Origin: an uncultured Chloroflexia bacterium
GTDB taxonomy: Bacteria; Chloroflexota; Anaerolineae; Anaerolineales; Anaerolineaceae
Direction: 5' to 3'
Assembly (NCBI GenBank): GCA_963704755.1
Contig: OY969938.1
Coordinates: 3,360,001 to 3,392,000 of the forward strand
Length of the DNA stretch: 32,000 nucleotides
Under the pieces are notes generated by a model. That model searched no databases. It had not been told where the DNA came from and saw only the letters and a list, made by a program, of their open reading frames with translations. Position numbers and translations under genes: made by a program. Below are positions 7,012-14,520 of the stretch, piece after piece (position 1 is the first letter of the stretch; each line of letters begins with the position of its first letter).

Positions 7012-8550
7012 ATGAACCCTAGCGATTCCCTCATCGTGCAGATGAAAGGCATCGTCAAGCGCTTCCCGGGGGTACTGGCCAACGCGGGCATCGATTTCGA
7101 CCTGCGCCGGGGTGAAATCCACGCCCTGTTGGGCGAGAACGGGGCCGGCAAGACCACCTTGATGAACATTCTCTACGGCTTATACCGGCCGGACGCCGGC
7201 GAGGTGCAGATCAACGGCCAGAAAGTGGACTTCCATTCGCCGTTGGATGCGATTGCCGCCGGATTGGGGATGGTCCACCAGCATTTTATGCTGGTGCACA
7301 CATTTACGGTGGCCGAAAACATTATTTTGGGCCAGAAGTCGCCCCGCGAGCCGATTTTGGAAGATTCGAAGGCCGTCCGCCGGCGTTTGATCGACCTTTC
7401 CAAACATTACGGGCTGGAGATCGACCCGGACGCGCCGGTCTGGGCCCTTTCGGTCGGCCAGCAGCAGCGTGTCGAAATTTTGAAGGCGCTCTACCGCGGC
7501 GCCCAGGTGCTGATCCTGGATGAGCCCACCGCGGTGCTCACTCCGCAGGAAGTGGGCGAATTATTATCCATCCTGCGGCGGCTGGTGAGCGAGGGCATGT
7601 CGGTGGTGTTCATCACCCACAAGCTGGACGAGATTCTGGCGGTGGGCGACCGGATCACCGTGCTGCGGGATGGCAAGGTGGTCGATACCGTCACCCCGGC
7701 CGAGGTGGACAAAGCTTCGCTGGCCTATCGCATGGTCGGGCGCGAGGTGCTGCTGCGGGTAAAGCGCACCCCATCTCAGGCAGGGGAAGTGCTGCTGCAA
7801 ATGCGAGGCCTGGAAGCCAACAACGAACGCGGCCTGCCGGCCCTACGTGGGCTGGACCTGGACGTCCGCGCCGGCGAGATATTGGGGATTGCCGGGGTGG
7901 ACGGCAACGGCCAGATGGAGCTGGAAGAGGTGATCGCCGGGCTGCGCAAGGCCACCCACGGCAGAGTGACCATCGCCGGCCAGGACGCGACTAACCAAAG
8001 CCCGCATTTCATCGGCGCCTGCGGGCTGGCCCACGTGCCCTCGGACCGCTACTCGATGGGCTTGCTGGCCGATTTCAGCGTGGCCGAGAATATGGTCTTG
8101 CAGCGTGTTAGTCAGGAGCCCTTTACCCGCCACGGCTGGTTGGATTGGAAAACGATCCGCACGGAGGCCGCCCGGCTGGTGCAGCGTTTCGACGTGCGCA
8201 CCCCCTCGGTGGAGACGCCGGCGGGCACGCTTTCGGGCGGCAACGCCCAAAAACTGGTCCTGGCGCGCGAACTGGCGCGTAACCCGCGCGTGCTGCTGGC
8301 TGCCCAACCCACCCGTGGGCTGGACGTCAGCGCCATCGAATACGTCCACCGCATGCTGATCGAGCAGCGCGATATGGGCATGGCCATCCTGTTGATTTCG
8401 ACCGAGCTGGAGGAGATTCTTGCCTTGAGCGATCGCATCGCCGTGATCTATGCCGGGAAAATTGTGGGGATCATCCCGGCCGGCCAGGCCGACCTGACCC
8501 GCCTGGGGCTGATGATGGCCGGAGCCGGGCTGGAGGAGGCCGCCGTATGA
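7012..8550 (+). CDS. ABC transporter ATP-binding protein with duplicated ATPase domains (BMP/sugar-type)
   Basis: Two Walker A/signature sets are present: 'GENGAGKTT...LSVGQQQRVEI...LILDEPT' and 'GVDGNGQ...LSGGNAQKLVLAR'. I chose the ATG at 7012 because the upstream GTG at 6979 lies inside the repeat element. Confidence 0.9.
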   Translation: MNPSDSLIVQMKGIVKRFPGVLANAGIDFDLRRGEIHALLGENGAGKTTLMNILYGLYRPDAGEVQINGQKVDFHSPLDAIAAGLGMVHQHFMLVHTFTVAENIILGQKSPREPILEDSKAVRRRLIDLSKHYGLEIDPDAPVWALSVGQQQRVEILKALYRGAQVLILDEPTAVLTPQEVGELLSILRRLVSEGMSVVFITHKLDEILAVGDRITVLRDGKVVDTVTPAEVDKASLAYRMVGREVLLRVKRTPSQAGEVLLQMRGLEANNERGLPALRGLDLDVRAGEILGIAGVDGNGQMELEEVIAGLRKATHGRVTIAGQDATNQSPHFIGACGLAHVPSDRYSMGLLADFSVAENMVLQRVSQEPFTRHGWLDWKTIRTEAARLVQRFDVRTPSVETPAGTLSGGNAQKLVLARELARNPRVLLAAQPTRGLDVSAIEYVHRMLIEQRDMGMAILLISTELEEILALSDRIAVIYAGKIVGIIPAGQADLTRLGLMMAGAGLEEAAV

Positions 8551-9614
8551 GCCAGGCTTCCGTATCGATCCCCAATGAATCCGCATCGCAGCGCCTGCCC
8601 GGCTGGCTGATCGGCCTGGCTGCCCCGGTAGCCGGGGCGCTGGTGGGCCTGTTGATTGGGGCCGTATTGATCGTGATCGCCGGGGCCGACCCGCTGCAAA
8701 CCTATGAGGTCATGCTGCGCGGCGCGTTCGGCGGCAAGCAGCAGCTCACCGAGACCATCCTCAAGACGGGGCCCTTATTGATGGTAGGGCTGGGTCTCAC
8801 CGCGGCTTTCCGTGCGCGGGTGTGGAACATCGGCGGCGAAGGCCAGTTCTACATGGGCGCGCTCTTCGGGGGCGTCATTGCCCTGGCTTTTCCGGATATG
8901 CCTTCCATTATCCTCCTGCCGCTCATGCTGCTGGCGGGTGCCCTGGGCGGCATGCTGTGGGCGCTGATCGCCGGTCTGCTCAAGGTACGCCGGGGGATGA
9001 ACGAGATCATCTCGACCCTGATGCTGAACTACATTGCGGTGCTGTTGATGCAGTACCTGGTGCGCGGGCCGCTGAACGACCCGAATGGCTATCTGCCGGT
9101 CTCGGCCCAATTCAGCGATAACGCCCGCCTGCCGACCCTGTTTTCATCGCGGATCCACGTCGGGATCATCCTGGTGATCCTGCTGGTGCCGGCGGTGTAC
9201 TTTTTGCTGTGGAAAACCCCACTGGGGTTCAAGCTGCGCGCGGTCGGGTCGAAAGCCAGCGTGGCCCGCTACGCCGGTATCCAGGTCGAGCGGGTAGTGC
9301 TGTTTGCGCTTTCGTTCAGCGGCGCGCTGGCCGGCCTGGCTGGGATCATCGAGGTCAGCACCCTGCACACCCGCCTGAAGAGCGATATCTCGGGTAATTA
9401 CGGCTTCAGCGGTATCCTGGTGGCCCTCTTGGGACGCATGCACCCGCTGGGGGTGACCTTTGCCTCGATCTTTTTTGCCGCGCTGACCATTGGGGCGCAG
9501 AGCATGCAAATCGTCTCGCATTTACAGCCCTCGCTGGCTGACGCGATCCAGGCTGTTATCGTCCTCTCCGTGCTGGGGGTGGATGCCCTGGCGCGTATGA
9601 AACTGGTGGATTGA
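8547..9614 (+). CDS. ABC transporter permease (BMP-type)
   Basis: 355-aa polytopic protein. Its ATG overlaps the upstream stop (ATGA), which indicates translational coupling. Confidence 0.9.
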   Translation: MSQASVSIPNESASQRLPGWLIGLAAPVAGALVGLLIGAVLIVIAGADPLQTYEVMLRGAFGGKQQLTETILKTGPLLMVGLGLTAAFRARVWNIGGEGQFYMGALFGGVIALAFPDMPSIILLPLMLLAGALGGMLWALIAGLLKVRRGMNEIISTLMLNYIAVLLMQYLVRGPLNDPNGYLPVSAQFSDNARLPTLFSSRIHVGIILVILLVPAVYFLLWKTPLGFKLRAVGSKASVARYAGIQVERVVLFALSFSGALAGLAGIIEVSTLHTRLKSDISGNYGFSGILVALLGRMHPLGVTFASIFFAALTIGAQSMQIVSHLQPSLADAIQAVIVLSVLGVDALARMKLVD

Positions 9615-9616
9615 AT

Positions 9617-10609
9617 ATGGATTGGAGTATTTTTCTCCAGTGGAGTTTCTTGATCGCGCTGGTCACAGCCGGTATCCGCCTGGCCATCCCGGTGCTGCTG
9701 GCCACCCTGGGTGAGATCATCACCGAGCGCTCAGGGGTGCTCAACCTGGGCATCGATGGAATTATGGCGGTGGGCGGGCTGTTCGGCTTTTGGGCGGCCT
9801 ACGCCCTGGAAAACGGACCGCTGGCCGGGGTGGGCGGTGAGTGGAGCGCCTGGATTGGCCTGCTGGCCGGCATGGTGGCCGGGGCGCTGATGGGGGTGTT
9901 GTTCGCGGCGCTTAGCATTACGCTCAAAGCCGACCAGGTGATTTGTGGGGTGACCCTGGTGGTGTTTGGCCAGGGCCTGTCTTCCTATTTATACCGGCAA
10001 TCCTTCAGCGCCATGACGGCGCGGGTCAACGGCATGCAGTCCCTGCCGATTCCCGGGTTGAGCCAGATCCCGGTGCTGGGCGAGATCCTGTTCGATCACG
10101 ACCCGACTGTCTACTTGACCGTAGGGCTGGTGCTTCTGGTCTGGTACCTGCTTTTCCGCACCACCTGGGGGCTGCGCATCCGCTCGGTGGGTGAAAACCC
10201 GGCCGCGGCCGAGACCTCGGGGATCAATGTGCAGCATACCCGCTGGGCGGCCACCTTGCTGGGCGCGGCCCTGGCCGGCCTGGGTGGGGCAGTGTTGACC
10301 GTGGTTCAATTGAAATTGTTCCGCGAGGGCATCACCGGTGGGCGCGGCTGGATCGCGGTGGCGCTGGTGATCTTCGCCCGCTGGCGGCCGGGCATGGCCC
10401 TGGGCGGAGCCATGCTGTTCGGCCTGGCCGACTCGCTCCAGTACCGCATCCAGGCCCTCAGCCAGAGTGACAGCGCTATTGGCGCGATCCCATACGAATT
10501 TCTGCTGATGCTGCCTTATCTGTTGACCCTGGTGGCCTTATTGATGCGCGGCAAACGCAACGACTCCCCGGCGGCCCTGGGGACGCCGTATAACAAAGGC
10601 GCGCGCTGA
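9617..10609 (+). CDS. ABC transporter permease (BMP-type), second subunit
   Basis: About 330-aa polytopic protein. The ATG at 9617 lies 2 nt after the upstream stop, and an in-frame TTG at 9611 is an alternative start. Confidence 0.9.
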   Translation: MDWSIFLQWSFLIALVTAGIRLAIPVLLATLGEIITERSGVLNLGIDGIMAVGGLFGFWAAYALENGPLAGVGGEWSAWIGLLAGMVAGALMGVLFAALSITLKADQVICGVTLVVFGQGLSSYLYRQSFSAMTARVNGMQSLPIPGLSQIPVLGEILFDHDPTVYLTVGLVLLVWYLLFRTTWGLRIRSVGENPAAAETSGINVQHTRWAATLLGAALAGLGGAVLTVVQLKLFREGITGGRGWIAVALVIFARWRPGMALGGAMLFGLADSLQYRIQALSQSDSAIGAIPYEFLLMLPYLLTLVALLMRGKRNDSPAALGTPYNKGAR

Positions 10610-10618
10610 AGAGGAAGA

Positions 10619-10711
10619 GCCCTCATCCCCCGGCCCCTTCCCCCGCTCTGGGGGAAGGGGAGCGTTCGAAAAGCCCCTCTCCCGCTTCTGGGAGAGGGGT
10701 TGGGGTGAGGG
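10619..10711. repeat. Compound GC-rich 'GEG' palindromic element (two hairpins inside an outer stem)
   Basis: CCCCTTCCCCC gctct GGGGGAAGGGG and CCCCTCTCCC gcttct GGGAGAGGGG, enclosed by GCCCTCATCCCC...GGGGTGAGGGC. Confidence 0.8.
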
Positions 10712-10792
10712 CCTGAGCACGTTGGCGAAATCAACCATGCGTTTCCAAAGTCCTGTGGGATAATAGAAATCGAGGGACTGAAACCCGCCACG

Positions 10793-11262
10793 TGACCTGA
10801 CACCCGACACCGATCCCCTGGCATATACGAAGATGTTGGGTCAGGGCATTGCCCTGACTGGCCGATGCCCAGACCTATGCCAGTGTTTTGATCGAGCCCC
10901 GACCCAACCTACGCCTGACACCTGACACTCGACACTTCTCCCCCTACACAAACGAAGATGTTGGGTCAGGGCAGCGCCCGGATTGGCCAGTGCCAAGACT
11001 CACACCAATGTTTCAAACGAGCCCCGACCCAACCTACGCCTGACACCTGACACTCGACACTTCTCCCCCGACACAAACGAAGATGTTGGGTCAGGGCAGT
11101 GTCATGACTGGCCAATACCCCGACCCAGGCCAATGTTTCGATCGAGCCCCGACCCAACCTACACCTGACACTTGACACCTGACACTAATCCCCTACCCAA
11201 CCTACACCTGACACTTGACACCTGACACTAATCCCCTACCCAACCAACGACTACTCACTAAT
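10793..11262 (+). repeat. Tandem array of 125-bp units x about 3, then 43-bp units x about 2.3, all rich in TGACACY heptads
   Basis: Unit starts (CGAAGATGTTGGGTCAGGGCA) lie at 10828, 10953 and 11078, giving an exact 125-bp period. ACCCAACCTACACCTGACACTTGACACCTGACACTAATCCCCT starts at 11152, 11195 and 11238, giving a 43-bp period. Confidence 0.9.
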
Positions 11263-11302
11263 CTCTATTCTCTAATCTCTTTCCCCCCCGAAAGGCTCTC
11301 CC

Positions 11303-12187
11303 ATGACCTCTTCCTTCCTTGATCTTCTCGCCGAAAAAAAGACCCTGGTTGCCGACGGCGCGACCGGAACAAATTTGCAGCAGCGCGGATTGCCGGTGGG
11401 CAAATCCGGTGAGTATTTTGTGCTGGAAAACCCGGATGCGATCGTTGGCCTGGTGAGCGACTTTGTCCTGGCCGGCGCTGACCTGGTGCTGACCTGCACG
11501 TTCGGCGCCAGCCGGGTCCACCTGACCGCGATGGAGATGGGCGACCGTACCGAAGAGATCAACCGCACGGCCGTGGCCCTGGCGCGCAAAGCCGTGGCCG
11601 GCAGCGCGACCCTGGTGGCCGGTTCGATTGGGCCGACCGGCGAAATGCTCCAGCCGTTTGGGCCGCTCTCGATCGAGGATGCCCAGGCCACCTTTGCCGA
11701 GCAGGCCGGCCTGCTGGCCGAGGCCGGCGTGGACCTGTTGGTGGCCGAGACTATGTTCGACCTGAACGAGGCGGTCGCCGCGGTTAAAGGCGTACGTTCG
11801 GTTTGTGACCTGCCGCTGGTGTGCTCGTTCAGTTACGACCGGGGCACCAAGACGATGATGGGGGTCAGCCCGACCAAGGCCGCCAAAGCCCTGGAGGGGC
11901 TGGACGTGAACCTGATCGGGATCAACTGCGGGCGCAGCCTGGAGGATAACCTGGCTGCATTAAAGGAACTGCGCCAGGTCACTGACCTGCCGATCTGGTT
12001 CAAGCCCAACGCCGGGCTGCCGGCTACCGATAAGATGGGCGAGTTGTATTATGAATTGACCCCGGATGGCATGGCCGCCCCGGTGCCGGAATGGATCGAG
12101 TCCGGCGCGCGCGTGATCGGCGGGTGCTGCGGTACCAGTCCCGCGCATTTGAAAGCCGTCGCCCAGGCGGTGAGGAAGTGTTCTTAG
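11303..12187 (+). CDS. Homocysteine S-methyltransferase-domain protein (stand-alone homolog of the MetH Hcy-binding module, Pfam S-methyl_trans type)
   Basis: 294 aa. 'LVADGATGTNLQQRGL' and 'AGADLVLTCTFGAS' are present. The Zn-ligand cysteines lie in 'GINCG' and 'GGCCGTSPAHL'. Confidence 0.85.
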   Translation: MTSSFLDLLAEKKTLVADGATGTNLQQRGLPVGKSGEYFVLENPDAIVGLVSDFVLAGADLVLTCTFGASRVHLTAMEMGDRTEEINRTAVALARKAVAGSATLVAGSIGPTGEMLQPFGPLSIEDAQATFAEQAGLLAEAGVDLLVAETMFDLNEAVAAVKGVRSVCDLPLVCSFSYDRGTKTMMGVSPTKAAKALEGLDVNLIGINCGRSLEDNLAALKELRQVTDLPIWFKPNAGLPATDKMGELYYELTPDGMAAPVPEWIESGARVIGGCCGTSPAHLKAVAQAVRKCS

Positions 12188-12213
12188 TTATTCGGTGATT
12201 CCGTGAACGGGTT

Positions 12214-12242
12214 GTGACAGGTGTCAGGTGTCGAGTGTCAAG
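12214..12242 (-). repeat. Inverted copy of the TGACACY heptad cluster
   Basis: GTGACAGGTGTCAGGTGTCGAGTGTCAAG is the reverse complement of CTTGACACTCGACACCTGACACCTGTCAC. It lies 27 nt after the Hcy-MT stop, and another direct copy sits at 13517-13544. Confidence 0.8.
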
Positions 12243-12310
12243 CGACGCGTGACGTGAGTTATTGTGATTGTGTGGGGTACGGTGGCAACGCACCCTTCGT
12301 GCCGGGCTGA

Positions 12311-12700
12311 TGTTTGGGTAGGGTAGCTCGGGTTTCCAACCCGAGGGAACGCCGGCCGGGCGCATTCCCGGCTTTGAAAGCCGGGCTACGCTACCCATTC
12401 ATCCGATCCGGCCAGGTGTTTGGGAATGGTAGCTCGGGTTTCCAACCCGAGGGAACGCCGGCCAAACACATTCCCGGCTTTGAAAGCCGGGCTACGCTAC
12501 CGGAGCGCTCGATACTGCAAGACCCTTGGGAAGGGTAGCTCGGGTTTCCAACCCGAGGGAACGCCGGCCAAACACATTCCCGGCTTTCAAAGCCGGGCTA
12601 CGCTACCGGAGCGCTTGATACTGCAAGGCCCTTGGAAATGGTAACTAGGGTTTCCAACCCGAGGGAACACCGGCCGGGTAGAATCCTGGCGATGGAATCA
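12311..12700 (+). repeat. Tandem array of 106-bp units x about 3.6, each carrying two 7-nt-loop hairpins
   Basis: GGTAGCTCGGG starts at 12322, 12428, 12534 and 12640 (degenerate), giving an exact 106-bp period. The core is GGTAGC-CTCGGGtttccaaCCCGAG-GGAACGCCGGCC..CATT-CCCGGCtttgaaaGCCGGG-CTACGCTACC. Confidence 0.9.
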
Positions 12701-12715
12701 ATCCTTGCCAAAGAG

Positions 12716-12796
12716 GAGCCCCACGCAGGTGGGGCTTCGTGTATTTGTAGATGCAGCTTTAGCTGCCGTTTTACGCCAAAACCTGGATTTCAACCT
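12716..12796 (+). repeat. Dispersed about 80-bp element (copy A)
   Basis: GAGCCCCACGCAGGTGGGGCTTCGTGTATTTGTAG...CCTGGATTTCAACCT resembles 30218-30302, which reads GAGACCCACGCAGGTGGGTCTTTGTGTATTTGTGC...CCTGGGTTTGAAACCT. Confidence 0.7.
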
Positions 12797-12963
12797 AAAC
12801 GTTCCTTAAACAAAACACTATTTTTTTTGGAGACGATGGGAAATTGTGTCATCGGGATTATCGCAGTTATGACCTAATATTTCTGTCAGTCCGTCTTGCT
12901 TATTCGTTCCTAGTAATCATGTATAATTTATCGTGAGGTCGGGATAAAAGAAAAGCGAGGTAA

Positions 12964-13020
12964 TTTGAGTATGTTTTTATTCGCGGCGGCACAGCCGCCA
13001 CGAATAAAAACATACTCAAA
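12964..13020. repeat. Hairpin (27-bp stem, one C-A mismatch, 3-nt loop), same family
   Basis: TTTGAGTATGTTTTTATTCGCGGCGGC / aca / GCCGCCACGAATAAAAACATACTCAAA. Confidence 0.9.
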
Positions 13021-13080
13021 TACTCTTCTCCCGAACTGACATTAATTTAATTCCATCAGTTTCCCCCTTGAGGAGATTAT

Positions 13081-13425
13081 ATGTATGATCAGCGCAAGTA
13101 CCCACGGCGCCATCTCATGTATTATCTGGAAGTCATGGACCTGCAGACCGGCGAAGTCATCGGTCGTCTGGTCGACATAACTTTGGTTGGCATGATGATC
13201 GTCAGCGCTAAAGAGTTGCCTGAACACAGACCCGTCACGCTTAGAATTACATTACCAGAAGAGTTCGAAGAAGCCGATCACATTGACTTGCAATGTGAGA
13301 GCATCTGGTGCCATAAAGATGTCAACCCAGGTTTTTACGCGACCGGCTTTTGTTTTGAAACTGCTGATCTTGAAACGATCAATTTGATCAATCGCATCAT
13401 CAAGCAATTTGGTTTTAGAGATTAA
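13081..13425 (+). CDS. Stand-alone PilZ-domain protein (putative c-di-GMP receptor)
   Basis: 114 aa. It has the RxxxR motif ('RKYPRR') near the N-terminus and a D-x-S/T-x-x-G motif ('DITLVG'). GC content is visibly lower than in neighbouring genes. Confidence 0.7.
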   Translation: MYDQRKYPRRHLMYYLEVMDLQTGEVIGRLVDITLVGMMIVSAKELPEHRPVTLRITLPEEFEEADHIDLQCESIWCHKDVNPGFYATGFCFETADLETINLINRIIKQFGFRD

Positions 13426-13549
13426 CCCGCGTGGAAATGGTAAATTTCGATTGCGTTTTTTATTTGGGCGGCTTCACCGCTGCGATCAAAAGCATACTTA
13501 CCTAAACGTCATGGTCCACTTGACACCTGCCACTCGACACTTCTATAGT

Positions 13550-14359
13550 ATGAGCATGAAAACAATAATGTTCATCCTCTGCGCCGGCCTGCTGTTGATT
13601 TCAGGCTGCGCGCCGATTGCCCATTACCAGGCCACACGGACGGCCCAGGCCGAAACCGCCACGGCTACCCAGTGGACGGCGACGCCCACCAAGACGCCGA
13701 CGGCGACCGATACGGCCACACCCACCGTCACGCCAACCTTCACCGCCACAGCGACTGCAACGATCACGCCTACCGCGACCATCACCGACACACCCACCAT
13801 CACCCAAACGCCGACCTTTACCTTCCCGGCAGCGGTGGTCAACAAACAGGCGCACTGCCGTTATGGCCCTTCGACTGCTTACCTGCACGCGGCCGACTTG
13901 TACGCGGGCGATACCGGCACGGTGCGCGGCCGCTCGCCTTATAGCACCTGGCTGTACGTCAAATTCGATAAACTCAGCTACTGGTGTTGGGTGGCTCCCT
14001 CCGTCGTGGACGTAACCGGCGATATCTCGAACCTCAAATACACCATTCCCGATTTGCAGAGCATTGGCTCCAACCAGTACGGCCCGCCTCATTACGTCCA
14101 GGCGGTCCGCAACGGCGACCAGGTCACCATTACCTGGGAACGGATGATCATGACTCAGGATAAAGACCGGGGCTATTTCATCGAGGCCTGGGTCTGCCAG
14201 AACGGGGCCTACCTGTGGTGGACGGTCTCCTTCCCGGATCAGTACACCACCAGCTACACCGTCAAGGACGAATCGGGTTGCAGTTCGCCTTCGCATGGAG
14301 ATATCTATACCGTAGAAAAACACGGCTATTCCGAACCGGCCACCATCCCCTGGCCGTAG
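13550..14359 (+). CDS. Secreted lipoprotein with a long Thr/Pro/Ala-rich linker and a C-terminal beta-rich (SH3b/FN3-like) region, function unknown
   Basis: From the internal ATG at 13550 the sequence is MSMKTIMFILCAGLLLISGC, a signal peptide plus lipobox. An about 60-aa linker follows (TATATQWTATPTKTPTATDTATPTVTPTF...). The 5' extension in the ORF track (13409) overlaps the PilZ gene and repeat DNA. Confidence 0.7.
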   Translation: MSMKTIMFILCAGLLLISGCAPIAHYQATRTAQAETATATQWTATPTKTPTATDTATPTVTPTFTATATATITPTATITDTPTITQTPTFTFPAAVVNKQAHCRYGPSTAYLHAADLYAGDTGTVRGRSPYSTWLYVKFDKLSYWCWVAPSVVDVTGDISNLKYTIPDLQSIGSNQYGPPHYVQAVRNGDQVTITWERMIMTQDKDRGYFIEAWVCQNGAYLWWTVSFPDQYTTSYTVKDESGCSSPSHGDIYTVEKHGYSEPATIPWP

Positions 14360-14520
14360 AGCCGGTGCGTTTTCCGCCAAAGGGTTTCGAACTCGGGCTG
14401 GTATAATTGGGTTGCCGGTCATAGAGGGTGTTCTTTTGCCTGCTCGAATTGCTATGGCTCCGGTTGCCGATGAAATGATCCCGTTTAATCCCAATTTGAG
14501 GACGTTTTAACGAAACACGG

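Noticed and set aside
12322-12416. The 106-bp repeat core as tRNA genes or pseudogenes
   Set aside because: The terminal pairing and two 7-nt loops are suggestive. However, there is no proper D-arm or T-arm (the T-loop-like TTTGAAA lacks the conserved C56 context). An extra GCTAC duplication precedes the 3' strand. The spacing does not fit a cloverleaf. It is kept only as a speculative origin in the findings.
10793-12700. The two tandem arrays as possible CRISPR arrays
   Set aside because: Repeat units are 125 and 106 bp, not 24-48 bp. The units abut without unique spacers of regular length. No cas genes or leader-like organisation are present.
12314-12877. Three similar 74-81-aa ORFs (MGRVARVSNPRERRP...)
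   Set aside because: Their similarity simply reflects translation through the 106-bp tandem DNA repeat. They have no RBS and their composition is not protein-like.
13617-14015. Pro/Arg-rich 132-aa and His/Asp-rich 90-aa + strand ORFs inside the lipoprotein gene
   Set aside because: These are off-frame readings of the ACGCCNACC-type low-complexity DNA that encodes the Thr/Pro/Ala linker.
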